Assembly (NCBI GenBank): GCA_002269645.1
Contig: NIVC01000709.1
Span: 400,932 to 464,931, forward strand
Reading direction: 5' to 3'
DNA from: Macrostomum lignano
Lineage: Eukaryota
DNA length: 64,000 bases
The notes under the pieces were generated by a model, which was not told the DNA's origin, did not search any database, and saw only the letters and a program-made list of their open reading frames with translations. Positions within the stretch are counted from its first letter, which is position 1, and each line of letters begins with the position of its first letter. A program made the translations under genes and the position numbers. Shown here one piece after another: positions 23,401 through 35,765 of this stretch.

Positions 23401-25805
23401 TTTGCCACTGAAGTGAAACGAAGGCGCCGTTAGCAAGAGGATGTGAGAAATCAGCTGACATGCACGTGATGCGTGAACAAGCATCCAGCCTTGGCAGCAA
23501 CTCCCCAGATGCACAAGATCTGCATGCCTAAAAATAATCCTGATGATTAGCGAGCAAGAAGCCCAGCCATGCAACCCTGGCGTGATGCATGCACAACCTC
23601 TGACCGACACTGCCTATTGGGCCTCGAAATCCCACCCTCTCCCCCTACTGCTCCTATTCCTCATTGCTCGCGTATAGTGTGCTAGCTTATAAAATATACT
23701 GATTGAAGAGGAAAGATCCTCGCCTGAAGTTTGAGAATGTGACTTTAGAGATCACACAGAGAAGGTCCATTGTTCGTTGTCTTCTTGAACTGTTGGCAGA
23801 AGGAAATGATAATATGGGAAAAACCACTATAAATTGTCATTTCAATTGGTTCCACTGACTGTGTGAGTCACCGCTAGACAGAAGTCTTAGACACACCATG
23901 CAGTTATCGCTCTGCTGCATGTCTTCAACAGCCATCCGAATGAATCGAGAACTGAGACTTTCCTGCCTTCAGTAAAGGAAAACTTCGAACTAGACAAGAC
24001 CAATGGACGAAGATCAAGAAGCGACGCAGTTTACCCTTCCAAGAAAAAACTCTCGTTGAGAGATCTACACAATCAATTTGGTCAAGACGGTATTTTTCTG
24101 ATGTCCTATTTAACTGCAATGTACCTTCAGCCAGCATCCCAATCTGACTGTCTACCAGACGCTGTTTCAATTTGTCGAGTCTCCGTGTCCAGTCCTATTT
24201 GCATCACTGTTTAGGGCATCGAAAAGCCCATTCAATTTGTCGAGTTTCCGAGTTCACGTCAATCCCCCTCTCAGATCTAATTAAAAAGTCAGGAGGATAT
24301 GCTGGTACAATTCATCCACTGTTGCCACAAGTTCACTTTGCCCCTTGACCAAGTTTCGTGTTTCAACAACATCAACTCAACTGCAAGTTACCAAGTGGGA
24401 CTGCGTATCGCAAGCAAATGCACAACTGTACACCATGTCATCATTGCTCCAAGCTTATTTTCAACAGAGCTCGGAGGGCCTCGCTTTCCCGAAAAAAAGA
24501 GCAACTGAAGTGAAACGAAGGCGCCGTTAGCAAGAGGATGTGAGAAATCAGCCGACACGTGCGTGATGCGTGAACAAGCATCCAGCCTTGGCAGCAACTC
24601 CCCAGATGCACAAGATCTGCATGTCTAAAAATAGTCCTGATGATCAGCGAGCAAGAAGCCCAGCCATGCAACCCTGGCGTGATGCATGCACAACCTCTGA
24701 CCGACACTGCCTATTGGGCCTCGAAATCCCACTCTCTCCCCCTACTGCTCCTATTCCTCATTGCTCGCGTACCAGACTCCGGATGGTATACATGTACGCC
24801 GGAAAATTCCGGCGTACAGAGGGACCTAGATTACACATTGGCGTACAACTTGGCGTACAAAGGCGCCTGACGTGCCCTCTTGGCATACAGCTTGGCATAT
24901 AGAGATTGCCAAGACCAGCAGGTGGGACCAAAAGTTCCGAGTCCCAACAATCAATCTACATAATTAGCATACAAAAATGATTAAGTTTGCATTTGGCATA
25001 GTTTCCATGTACATAGTTACAGTAGCTAAATTTTGATCGGAAAGAATGGCTGGCCCTTTACGAAAAAAACTGAAAACTAAATTTAAAAAACCGGGCTTAA
25101 CCTTTCCAAGAAAGTAAAAGTAAAACAAAATTAGTTAAAATGAACTAGTTCTCTACAGTTTAGTAAAAATATTTTCAGTTTTAACACATAGGTTGATTAA
25201 ATATTAAAATTTTGCAAGCTTTTAATATTAGTTGTAATTTGTAATTTCTATTTTGGCGTATTTTTGTATGCGATAAAAAGTTCGTTGGCGTACATTGGCG
25301 TGCATGAGCTACAGAAGCAATTTTCGTTCCGGCGTGAAGATCCTCGCCTGAAGTTTGAGAATGTGACTCTAGAGATCACACAGAGAAGGTCCATTGTTCA
25401 TTGTCTTCCTGAACTGTTGGCAGAAGGAAATGATAATATGGGAAAAACCCATATAAATTGTTGTTTCACCACCTAGCTTTGCCTTTGATAAAGTCTAGGC
25501 CTATTGAGTAATATATATAAATATATAGACCTGATTTTTATTTCATGCTCATTTTTAATTTTAATACTAAAAATAGATGAAAATGTTTACTTACCTTTGC
25601 TAATACTATTAGGTTTGGCCTTAGGACTATTGATATCATCCATTTTTGTTTTTTTTGTTTCTGATTTTGCAATAGCTGAAACATCTGGTACAGGATTGGT
25701 AAGCATTGGCTCTACATTTGCTGCAATAATAGCAACTAGAAGAAAAAAGCAAAGGATCTTGTGATTCTTAGTCAAGATATAATGTGATTTGTTCACAGCA
25801 GTCAT
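10175..25805 (-). CDS. TGOLN2: TGN38/TGN46 (TGOLN2/C5orf15-KCT2 family) type I membrane protein, ~385 aa; exons 25595-25805, 19084-19470, 14923-15144, 14255-14433, 10175-10333
   Basis: Joined exons total 1158 nt in one frame (phases 1,1,1,0). Signal-peptide-like [13 protein letters not shown], Ser/Thr/Ala-rich mucin-like lumen, [27 protein letters not shown]|[11 protein letters not shown] (cf. TGN46 [29 protein letters not shown]), and tail DSTYKLL (YxxPhi, cf. SDYQRL) ending KNFVY*. The exon-3 donor could alternatively be 14943 or nearby (also phase 1). Confidence 0.88.
10913..11518. repeat. (CAGA)n microsatellite in TGN38-like intron 4
   Basis: Direct reading. Confidence 0.97.
11940..14212. 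repeat. 23-bp minisatellite (CTGAGCTGCCTGTCCCAGTGTGA), ~95-100 copies, TGN38-like intron 4
   Basis: The 23-aa periodicity of the pseudo-ORF equals 3 x 23 bp; the array ends ~40 nt from the exon-4 donor. Confidence 0.97.
14545..14917. repeat. 24-bp minisatellite (ACTCAGGTGGGAGATTCTTCAGAG), ~15 copies, TGN38-like intron 3
   Basis: Direct reading; abuts the donor at 14922. Confidence 0.96.
15440..19010. repeat. Compound 24/27/33-bp minisatellite (CTAGGGGCGATTCTATAAGGTAGT; CTAGGGG(C/T)GATTCTCCAAGGTGGCTCT) filling TGN38-like intron 2
   Basis: 24-mer domain 15440-17070, mixed domain with a 402-bp higher-order repeat 17070-18095, then 27/33-mer domain 18095-19010. Confidence 0.96.
19834..20818 (+). 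mobile_element. Non-autonomous hAT DNA transposon (985 bp) with transposase remnant
   Basis: TIRs CAGTGATGGGCA / CAGTGATGAGCA (11/12). Perfect 8-bp TSD GGTAAAGG at 19826-19833 and 20819-20826. Internal 20388-20465 translates [25 protein letters not shown], matching the hAT FL.EY..VM.PVA.ALD+LQG motif. Confidence 0.9.
21072..21346. mobile_element. 275-bp MITE, TA-flanked (Tc1/mariner-like)
   Basis: 24-bp TIRs CTCAGCAACATCGAAAAGTCGCCA vs CTTGGCAACATTGAAAAGTTGCCA (20/24, all differences transitions). TA dinucleotides on both sides. Confidence 0.75.
22766..23347. mobile_element. 582-bp non-autonomous DNA transposon with 8-bp TSD (hAT or P superfamily)
   Basis: TSD CCTATGTA at 22758-22765 and 23348-23355. 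TIRs CCATAGTCCAGAA / CCATAGTTCGGAA. Several subterminal TGGCGTACA motifs. Confidence 0.8.
23400..25470 (+). mobile_element. Degraded DNA-transposon body with internal duplications and probable hAT transposase relics
   Basis: The 268-bp block 23407-23674 is repeated at 24504-24771, and the ~130-bp block 23713-23845 at 25337-25468. TGGCGTACA motifs are shared with the 22766-23347 element. Broken translations [21 protein letters not shown] and [16 protein letters not shown] weakly resemble hAT LS..LQ....D...A and EL..RF motifs. Confidence 0.45.
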
Positions 25806-27929
25806 TATGGAATATAATATTGGTCCAAAGCCAAAATGCAAACAAAAATCCAGTGTTATTGTATTGGTAGGCTATTAAATAAAATTTAGGCCTCTTGTTT
25901 AAACCTGTCCTGTTTAATGTATGGCCTTATCTTGGTTTACTTAAGAAGCAGCAGAAGCGGAAGCTCTGTTTTGAATTACAAATTTAATAAAGGTAGTGGC
26001 GCAGCACTAAATATAAGTAAATAAATAATCAGGTTGTCTTAATTCATCAGGCCTCTAATTTACTAAATAGAGAAGTTAAAATGGAAAGGATGTTAGGGTA
26101 GAATAATCCAATCAGTACAAAGGATGAATGGAAAAGTATGCGTGCACTTCTTATAGCCAGAAATGTGATTTTCATCAACTGATACGTATCTCGATTTAAT
26201 TAGTATTCTTTCTAAGAAAACTTCGAATTCGTAATTTTTTACGAAAGCGTCATTTTCAAGCCTAGAGTTTACTGATTAGCACTGCACTGTGCAGAATGTG
26301 TAACTATAAGTACGAGTGTATAACAACTATAGAATACTTTTCTAACCTCAGTGAAGATACCAAAAAGCAGTTTGTACGCACGCACTGGGACCGCTGATTA
26401 TTTATCCATTGTCTACTTGCAAAACCATCCAATATACAATCAACCATTTTCGTATTGATTTGCGAATTCTCTGCTTTAACCTGTAGCTGCCTAGATTCTT
26501 CGCGCTTTAGGCCCCCATCTTTCTCTCTTGCTGGAGTGTTGTTCGGCTTTCACATATATACATGACTAATCGAATCTATAATACCCCAGGTTCAGTCAAA
26601 GGTCTCGTTAATAACAAAACAAAATTACACTCTTTTATGCATGGTCTTGTAAAACAGAAGCCGTATCATAAGGCCCGCCTCTGGACTCTATGCTAGAGTA
26701 TCCAACGTCGCCGGGGCCGGAGATCCGTCGGATTTTACGTCGGGTTTTACACTTCTACTCGTATTAAGACGGTGTAATGTAAAAAGTACTGTACTTATTT
26801 TCCAGCGACGCGTATACCGACGTTGGAAACTTCGGTCGACGTCACTCATGTGGAATTACTGTACGGGCAGTGCATATACACTTACATAATGTATGCACTG
26901 TACATTTAAACCTTTTGGCCCAGATGCAAAAGTACATTTACTTGTAAAATCCAACTGTACATTAAGCATAGAACTTGACACTACGTGTAGTCAACAGCAA
27001 ATGCTCTCTGTACATGTAATTTGATATGAATCAAGTGTCGATAAGTAACCGCACGTGTTCACACAAGTAAATAAACGCCATTTAAAGTAAATAAAGCTTC
27101 GTTTTAATCAGCACAGACAAAAAAGATTTCTATTGCAGAGAATGGCTGTATAATGTTATTCGATATAGACGTAGGACAAAAGACGACAACACAGAGTTTT
27201 ACTTGCATGCAATGGGGTGACGCAATGTCGCGAGCTGGATAAACGGTCAGGAAATTCGTTGAAGATTTTGCCCCGTGAAGATATTCGCACAGCAATAGAG
27301 AAAGGTAGCATGCGATGGCGTGAATGAATAAAAATTCGTTGCTAAGAAAATCTGACTAGCAAAGAAAGCATTTTAATAAAAAATATCGCAGGTTAGCTTA
27401 AACCGAATGAGATTCTTCAGAGAGGTTCGTTCTAAAGGTTTCCGGTGTTAATAGAATGTGCTAAAACAGTGAAAGCAGTAATGTTGAAGCAGCAAGATGT
27501 GCCATATCAATATTGTAGCTGTCAGTCAGTTACGAATCCAAATACTGAACTATAAATAAAAAATCAGAGAAGAATATTGCAGCAACAAAACAATAATTAT
27601 GCTACTCAAAACGCACTCAATATAACAATGCATTAAAACAATTTACGAATAACATTTAACCAAAACAACACGGGCATAAAACACAAAAACGCTGGCATTG
27701 TAAGCATTTGGTCGGCCCAGTTTAAGTGCGCGAAATACTGACGGATCAATGGAATTGCGGGCGGGCGGGCTGGGCGTGCGCAGCATGAGCACAGAGTGTA
27801 CTTTGTACTGTACATTCAGACTTGCTGACAGCAGACTTTCGAGTTTCACCTCTGTCATTTTATATGGAAGAACACGTATAATGCAGCTCGGGTATTAATA
27901 TGTTCAACTATATTTCAGGAACCTTCTGC

Positions 27930-28292
27930 TTTGGGAAAACTTTCAGTTTGGGTTAGCCTTCCGGTTTGGGGGAAAACTTCTGGTTCGGAGAATTTTCTGG
28001 ATCGAGAAACTACCGGTTTGGTGAAACTATCGGTTTGGGAACTTCCGGTTTGGGGAACTTCTGGTTTGGGGAACTTCCGGTTTGGGGAACTTCCGGTTTG
28101 GGAAAACTTCCGGTTTGGGGAGGGAAACTTCCGGTTTGGGGAAACTTCCGGTTTGGGAAACTTCCGGTTTGGGAAACTTCCGATTTGGGGGAACCAATCT
28201 TTCGGTTTCAAAGTTTTCGGGGAAGGTTTCGTGGAATTCCAGTTTGGAAGAAAACTTTGTTTGCTTTTGAGAAATTTCCATAACTTCCGGGT
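27930..28292. repeat. 16-18-bp imperfect minisatellite (AAACTTCCGGTTTGGG[G]) just 3' of the dynein IC stop
   Basis: Direct reading; about 8 exact ACTTCCGG. Confidence 0.9.
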
Positions 28293-28336
28293 AATTCTTG
28301 TTGGGGAGGGAACTTGAGTCAGAGGGCGCAGAGCTC

Positions 28337-31300
28337 TCAAGACCGAGCCTGTCGGGCCTCGTGCAGAGCCCGCAACACCAGCTGAGCCTCGTCGGGCCGG
28401 GGCGAGGCCAGCGCCTCGGACAGCTCGAGCAGGGCCACCCGGCCAAGGTGGTCGCCAGCCGTCAGCACGCAGCCGGTCCGGTTGAAGCAGCAGCGGTTCA
28501 GGCCGGCCCCGGAGGCTCCCATCGGCTGGCAGCGGGCCAGCGGCTGCTCGGGGTCGGAGCCGAGGCTCCAGAGGTCCAGGCGGCCGGCGGCATCCGCGGT
28601 GCACAGCAGGCCGGGGTGCGCCGGCGACCAGCGCGCGTCCATCACGTAGTCGGCGGCCGCTTCCAACGCCAGCGGCTGCTCAGCCGGCTCGCGCAGAGAC
28701 CAGACCCGAGCAGTCCAGTCCATGGAGGAGGAGAGCACCACGTGGGACAGGTCCGGGCTCGGGTTGGCCGCCACCGAGGTGACTGGCGCCTGCGGACAGG
28801 GGCAGGAGGACAGTAGGTTAACGGCAGGTTAAGGGATCTACAGGGAGCTGGCTTGAGAAAGTCGGAGTGGAGTAAAGTGGAGCAAACTTGGATCACGAGG
28901 ATCGAAATGGGGTTGCGGGTACAAACGGGCATCCAAGGGATCAAAATGGGACCTGGGATCAGGGAATGAAAAATTGAATCAGCCGGATTAGTAGGAATAT
29001 TAGAGATTAGTGGGATCAATTTGAGATCAGTGGGATCAATCTGGGATCAGTGGGACCAAACTGAGTTAATTAGGATCAATCTGGGATCAGTGGGACCAAA
29101 CTGAGTTAATTAGGATCAATCTGGGATCAGTGGGACCAAACTGAGTTAATTAGGATCAATCTGGGATCAGTGGGACCAAACTGAGTTAATTAGGATCAAT
29201 CTGGGATCAGTGGGACCAAACTGAGTTAATTAGGATCAATCTGGGATCAGTGGGACCAAACTGAGTTAATTAGGATCAATCTGGGATCAGTCAGCCAAAA
29301 CTAAGATCAGTATCCAGTTACCTGGTGGCTGGCGGCCAGTGAGGTCATGACCCCGGCCCGGACACCGTGCCGGCAGCCGACGCACAGCATGGCGTCCTCG
29401 GTGCCGGCCACAAAGCGGTTGCCGTCCAGCATGTCCAGACAGGTGGCCGCCAGGCTCCGGATGGAGTGCCCGGCAGCCGACAGCATGAGATCGCAGGTCT
29501 CAACAGGCTGAGTAAGCGACTCCAGCGACCAGGTGCACAGGCGGGCGTCGCTGGACAGGGTGGCCAAGAAGTTGGCGCGCTCGGTGCCCAGTACGCGAGT
29601 GAAAACGCAAGGCTCCGTGTGGCCCTGGGCGCCAAGGGTGCTGCGCTGGACAGGCGTGCGTCTGCAGGCAGATAATTGATCATGTTTAGGTGCGCATAAA
29701 CTACTTGACAACTCAGCGTCTATTAGGAGTTTTTTAGAAAACAAAAAATTGCACTTCGCTATAGATTTCAAATTTTCAGCTTCATTGCAGTGCAGCGAAA
29801 CCTGCAACCTCAAGAAATTCGTTAATTAGAAGACTCTCACGGGGCACAGCGGTGGTTCGTAGGTGCGCAAATTAAGCGAGGCTTCAGGCAGAACTGAAGC
29901 CCAATAACTGCAAAAATATGCAACAAGAAGCGAACACCCAAGTCATAGCTTGTAAAACTAAAATGGACCATTTGATAGGAAGAGACAACTGTAGCGATAT
30001 CGTGGGGGAGAAGGAATGGAGGGTGAGGAAGAGGGGATGGAGTGAACAAGAGGGGATGGAGGTTGAGGAAGAGGGGATGGAGGGTGAGGAAGAAGGGATG
30101 GAGGATGAGGAAGAAGGGATGGAGGGTGAGGAAGAAGGGATGGAGGGTGAGGAAGAAGGGATGGAGGATGAGGAAGAAGGGATTGAGGGTGAGGAAGAGG
30201 GGATGGAGGTTGAGGAAGAAGGGATGGAGGGTAAGGAAGAAGGAATGGAGGGTGAGGAAGAGGGGATGGAGGATGAAGAAGAGGGGATGGAGGGTGAGGA
30301 AGAAAGGATGGAGGATGAGGAAGAGGAAGAGGGAATGGAGGGTGAAGAAGAGGGAAGAGGGGATGGAGGGTGAGGAAGAGGGGATGGAGGGTGAAGAAGA
30401 GCGGAGAATGGCCCAGAGAACTAACCTATGAGTCCTGGTGTCCCAGAGCACCAGCTGCCCGGAGTAGGTGCCCCCAACGATGAGGCAGCGCTGGTAGGTG
30501 GCAAAGCAGGCCGACGTGACGGGTGACTGGCAGTGGAGCGCGAACTCAGGACTATCGCAGCGATAGCGGGCATTCCACACGCAGACGACGCCATCGGAGT
30601 CTCCGCCGGGATGCGACTGCTGCGACTCGGCGTAGGCGGCCAGGCAAAGCTCCTGGTAGTGCGGCGACCAGTCCAGGGCGGTGACGCAGCGGCCGCGGGA
30701 CCACCTGGCGCGGTGGTCGGTGGTTCGAGTTAACATTACAGTATTAGACTATACAGACATCTGTGAACGCTCGATCGAGATGATACTTCTCGATTTATAG
30801 ACACTCTCTTGACAATCTATAGACACTCTCTTGACAATCTATAGACACTCTCTTGACAATCTATAGACACTCTCTTGACAATCTATAGACACTCTCTTGA
30901 CAATCTATAGACACTCTCTTGACAATCTATAGACACTCTCTTGACAATCTATAGACACTCTCTTGACAATCTATAGACACTCTCTTGACAATCTATAGAC
31001 ACTCTCTTGACAATCTATAGACACTCTCTTGACAATCTATAGACACTCTCTTGACAATCTATAGACACTCTCTTGACAATCTATAGACACTCTCTTGAAA
31101 ATCTATAGACACTCTCTTGACAATCTATAGACACTCTCTTGACAATCTATAGGCACTCTCTTGACAATCTATAGACACTCTCTTGACTATCTATAGACAC
31201 TCTCTTAGCAATCTATAGGTACTCTCCAGACAATCTATAGACACTGTCTTGACACTGGACGAGTTCCCACAACTCAAACGCAGCCTCCTCACTTGTCATC

Positions 31301-33893
31301 GTGGAAGGTGCGGCACACTCGCACGCTGGAGCCCCCGGCCACGGCGCCTTCATCATAGGCGTCGCTTCCGGCGTCGGCCTCGCCGTCGGTCTCAAAATAT
31401 TCGGCCTCGGTCTCGGCCAGGGCCCGCTCGACAACCCGGCTGGCCCGGGCGAAGAAGGCCTGGAAATTGTCGGACAGCAGAATCTGCTGCCGCTCGGACT
31501 CGGACAGCTCCCGGCAGTGCCGCTGCTGGTCGGACAGAGCCACCGTCGAGGTAGTCGGCGTCGGAGCCGGAGTCGGCGGCGTCGCTGTAGCAACATCGCC
31601 GTCCGACGTGGCGACAGCGGTGGCAGCGGCTGCGAGGCCGTTGACGGAGCGCAGTTGGGCCAGCGCTGCGGTCGCAACGTCAGGGAAGTCGCCGACTGAG
31701 AGCTCCGACTCGGACACTGAGCGGTGAGCACGGAGGTATACGGAGCACAGATGAGATTTCCACTACGCGCTGAACTCTCACCCTTAGAATTCTAGAACAC
31801 GCTGAAGTCTCACCCCTTAGATTTCTAGAACTCGCTGAACTCTCAGCCCTTAGATTTCTAGAGTAAAAATAACCCATTAGATTTCTAGAGTAAAAATAAC
31901 CCATTAGATTTCTAGAGTAAAAATAACCCATTAGATTTCTAGAGTAAAAATAACCCATTAGATTTCTAGAGTAAAAATAACCCATTAGATTTCTAGAGTA
32001 AAAATAACCCATTCGATTTCAATATACGAGTCAGAATTCCATTGCTTTGCAAATCACACGGAAATCCATAACCCATTGATAATTCTCAACAGCCAATGAG
32101 AAACACGGACTGACTGTGCATCATGGATTCCGAATAGCACTGCACAACATCGCTGATTCGCTGATTTTCATTGCCTAAGCCTTGCCCTCAGGCATCAGCG
32201 CCAATTCGAGTCTAAGGAATTATGATTTACTTTATCCAAAAAAATCCTTAATAATGATTCTTCTGATTGCAGTCTCTCCATCGCTACGGCCAATCTATGC
32301 AAACTGGGTGAGGAACGAAGGGTTGCTCGCTTCATGCCTTAGCTGGCCTGCCCAGATGCCGTAGCAATCAATAAATTGAGTGGATTGGAGGCAAAACTCA
32401 GCAGCAGTTGCGACTGTGGAGTCCAGTGTCTAGAAGGGCGCCCAGTTTGGCCACGAAGAGAAACACTTTGAGAAGACTTTAAAGGGGCCGAAAGTTTAAC
32501 CGTAGCAGGTGCGAGAAACTGAGTGCCTAAGGCGCAAAATGGGGAGTCAAAAGTACATGGGTGTCAAATCGGGTGTCAGGGGGTGTCAAATCGGGTGTCA
32601 GGGGGTGTCAAATCGGATGTTTAGGCGGTGTCAAATCGGGTGTCAGGGGGTGTCAAATCGGATGTCAAGGGTGCCAAATCAGATGTCACGGGGTGTCAAA
32701 TCGGGTGTCAGGGGTCAAATCGGATGTTAGGCGGTGTCAAATCGGGTGTCAGATCGGGTGTCAGGGGTCAAATCGGGTGTTAGGCGGTGTCAAATCGGAT
32801 GTCAGGGGCGAAATCGGGTGTTAGGCGGTGTCAAATCAGATGTCAGGGGCGAAATCGGGTGTCAGGGGTACGATATCGGGTGTCAGGGGTGCGAAATCGG
32901 GTGTCAGGCGTGTTAAATAGGGTGTCGGGGTGCGAAATCGGGTCATGCGGCATCAAGAGCGGCGAAGAAATGGCAGACACGAATTCCTGCTGGGCAAGCC
33001 TATAACCTTGACACTTACGCTTTCCTAATCAACAATGCCTATAAAGCAAAAAAGTACTTTGAAAAACTAAGCAGCAAGGCCCAGTCGGTACACAGAGCAA
33101 TAAAAGTACATACGTGCCATCTGGTGATTGAACTCGTCGTCCCATTCGAGCGTAGACAGAAACCTGGGCGAGTCAACTGAAAGGGCAAAAAGAAATGTAT
33201 CTGTTGTTGTGTACAAATAGAATTGAATTTGCACTACTACTCGTAATAAAATTCACTGAATTTTCGTTAACTCACCGTGCGACTCGGAAAGTCGACCTAA
33301 AATTAAAAATAAAAAGTACAAATCGTCAAATATTGTTTCAACTTGTATTGCCTAAAGGGGTCACTAATCATTCTGCGTACGCTAATTTAACCTCACTTGA
33401 AAAACATAGTTTTATAGGAGTGAAATTGTAAATTATGCATTATGAATTATAAATTTTAAGTTCAGAGGCTCTCACTATCGCGATCCCGCTCGCAGACCTG
33501 CTGCAGAGTCTGCGTCTCCTTGCAGTAGTGCGCTGGCTGGCAGACGCTGGTCTGGGTGAGCCGGGACACGCTCAGGTGCTTCAGCGGCTTTGCCTGCGCC
33601 TGCGGAGCGTCAAGTGGCGGCGGCGACAACTTTGACGATGACGGTGGCGAAGTGTCCGACGCCGACAACTTTGGGTCGACAGGCGCCGACGGTGTCGGGT
33701 CGATGCCCAGCTCGCGCAGAATGTCTTCGGCAGTTTCGGTGGTGGCAACAGAAGTTGCTGCTGCAGACTGCTGTGGGTTGCGGTGGCCCGAGGTGGCCCC
33801 AGCAGTTGTGGCGGCCGCAGCCTCGGCCTTCTGCTGGCGCAGGAGGGCCAGACGTGCCTTCCGCTTCTCCAGCTCGCCCTTGAGGTCGGACAT
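28337..33893 (-). CDS. DYNC1I: Cytoplasmic dynein-1 intermediate chain (WD40), ~637 aa; exons 33476-33893, 31293-31716, 30426-30704, 29322-29661, 28337-28789
   Basis: Joined exons total 1914 nt in frame (phases 1,2,2,0; all GT-AG). N-terminus MSDLKGELEKRKARLA (cf. MSDKSDLKAELERKKQRLA), LSVSRLTQ (Tctex1 site), KETQT (LC8 site), QQILLSDNFQAFFARASRVVERALAE (Roadblock site). WD40s: WSRGRCVTALDWSPHYQEL, GGTYSGQLVLWD, RTPVQRS, SSSMDWTARVW, DYVMDARWSPAHP. Confidence 0.95.
29030..29295. repeat. 40-bp minisatellite, ~6.5 copies, dynein IC intron 4
   Basis: Unit GGATCAATCTGGGATCAGTGGGACCAAACTGAGTTAATTA. Confidence 0.95.
30005..30400. repeat. 21-bp purine-rich minisatellite (GGATGGAGGGTGAGGAAGAAG), dynein IC intron 3
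   Basis: Direct reading; explains the MEGEEEG pseudo-ORF. Confidence 0.93.
30796..31255. repeat. 22-bp minisatellite (TATAGACACTCTCTTGACAATC), ~20 copies, dynein IC intron 2
   Basis: Period 22 (30796 to 30818). Confidence 0.96.
31846..32015. repeat. 27-bp minisatellite (ATTAGATTTCTAGAGTAAAAATAACCC), ~6 copies, dynein IC intron 1
   Basis: Direct reading. Confidence 0.93.
32557..32942. repeat. ~20-22-bp imperfect minisatellite (GTCAAATCGGGTGTCAGGGGGT), dynein IC intron 1
   Basis: Direct reading. Confidence 0.9.
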
Positions 33894-35765
33894 TGGCGAC
33901 GGGTTATTGGGTGCAAAGTGCGATGCTTGCTAAGCTGTGCGCGATTCAGGGGGTGGGACCTCCCACAGCTGCTCTGCCAACTGCCCTCAAGGATAGCAGC
34001 AGTTCATAGGAGCTGTAAGGAAGCATTGACAAAATATTGCATGAAAGTATGCAAAACCAAGAGGAACATATCAGACATTATAATATTCAACCCACCATTA
34101 GTTTGTCTTAAAAGGGTTCTAAATGAGTTATCAAAAAAATCATAATGTGACTTGAAGCTAATTTAAATTAAGTAATTATTTCTATAACCTAAAAATATGC
34201 TAAAATATTCACAACATACTTGTAGTATTAAATAGTTATTAAATAAAAATCTAATCTCTTTCTGAAATTTGGTAGAAAATGCCATATATAATTTTTATAA
34301 AATGTGTCTTTGTTATGTTTACAGCTCTATTAAAATGTAAAATAGTTTATTTCATAACACAGTACAATTTTGACACCTAGTTAAATTTTTGAAATGAGCT
34401 AAATTAAGTTAACTAAATTTACCTAAAATTTAATCTAAATGTTAAGTTTATTCATAACTATTTTTTTATAAATAATGAATAAGTTTAGTTGTGTCATACA
34501 GTTACTAATATATTACTAACAAACATACATAGATCCTTTCAATTTTTAAGTAGAAATCTTATAGACAAACTTGACCTTTGCAAATTAAAATTATATAGAC
34601 CATAGTTATATTTATTACTTTTGTTGTTAATTTATAAAACTTATAATCTGACCTTTATGAATATCTGCCAATAGCAATATATAATAGATCGGGGGTCTAA
34701 TACAACATTTTATCAGTTTAATATTGAAGATTTAATTTAAATACTCATTTTTTCCTATAGTAAATTTAGCCCTGTGTTATAGACAACAATATCAAAAAGT
34801 TCAATTTTAACCTCAAGGGTCATGTTCAATGTTTACAAGGCAGTTTTATTTTTTAAAAAGCAAATTAAGATAGGACTACAGTTCAGACAAAATGCAACTT
34901 TATAATTATAAAAAATATTTAGGTACATTTTATTTAAGGTTTATAACTGTTTACTATAGTATAACTTATAAGTATACATCCATTATTTTTTGTAAAATTT
35001 ATGCTGTAAACAGCTCGTTTTAATTTATTATTTCTTTTAAATTTGAAATAAAAAGTTATGTTTTTTAAGCCAAGTCCTGGTAAATTCTATTTGACATTTG
35101 AGGACTTAGGAGTTAAGATTCCAAAGTCAAAGAAGCAAAATTGCAAAATTGCTTTTTATATAAACTATAATAAAATATACTATATTATATAGGCTGTTGT
35201 TAATATAACTAATATATTCTTTAAATGAACGCACGAAACTCTGTACTAACCATACACACTATAACTAAAAGTATTAAGCTATGACTCATTCGCTACTGGA
35301 TGGACTAACTCATCACTTCTTACTCGATGAAATGGCAGCTATTTGACACTGGACAGTACTATTTAATAATGGCGTGCATGCTAAGGCCAAGGGTATATTA
35401 TAAAGCTATAATAGCAAAATAGGATACACATGATTCATTATTCAGTATTCAGGCACCAATGTATATTCTGTATTCAACCAATGATCTGTATTCAAGGCTA
35501 TGTACAAATACAATTAATACATGTAAACAAACAGTAAAGCCACGATAATAATAAAAATCACGATATTTCACATTTCGGAAATATTAAAGTAATAAAACAA
35601 ATAGTTGCTGCGGCAATCAATTTATAAAGTCTGATGTACTAATTACTTTTCATACAACTTTACAATAGTAATATTTAATCTTTTTTTAACTTTAAGTAAA
35701 GTGGACTTATAATATGCATAAATGTAAACACAGTTTCGACCACGCAGATCGAAATTTATATATTA

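Noticed and set aside
26700-26830. 10-bp inverted repeat TCCAACGTCG/CGACGTTGGA
   Set aside because: Too short and has no TSD; could be chance.
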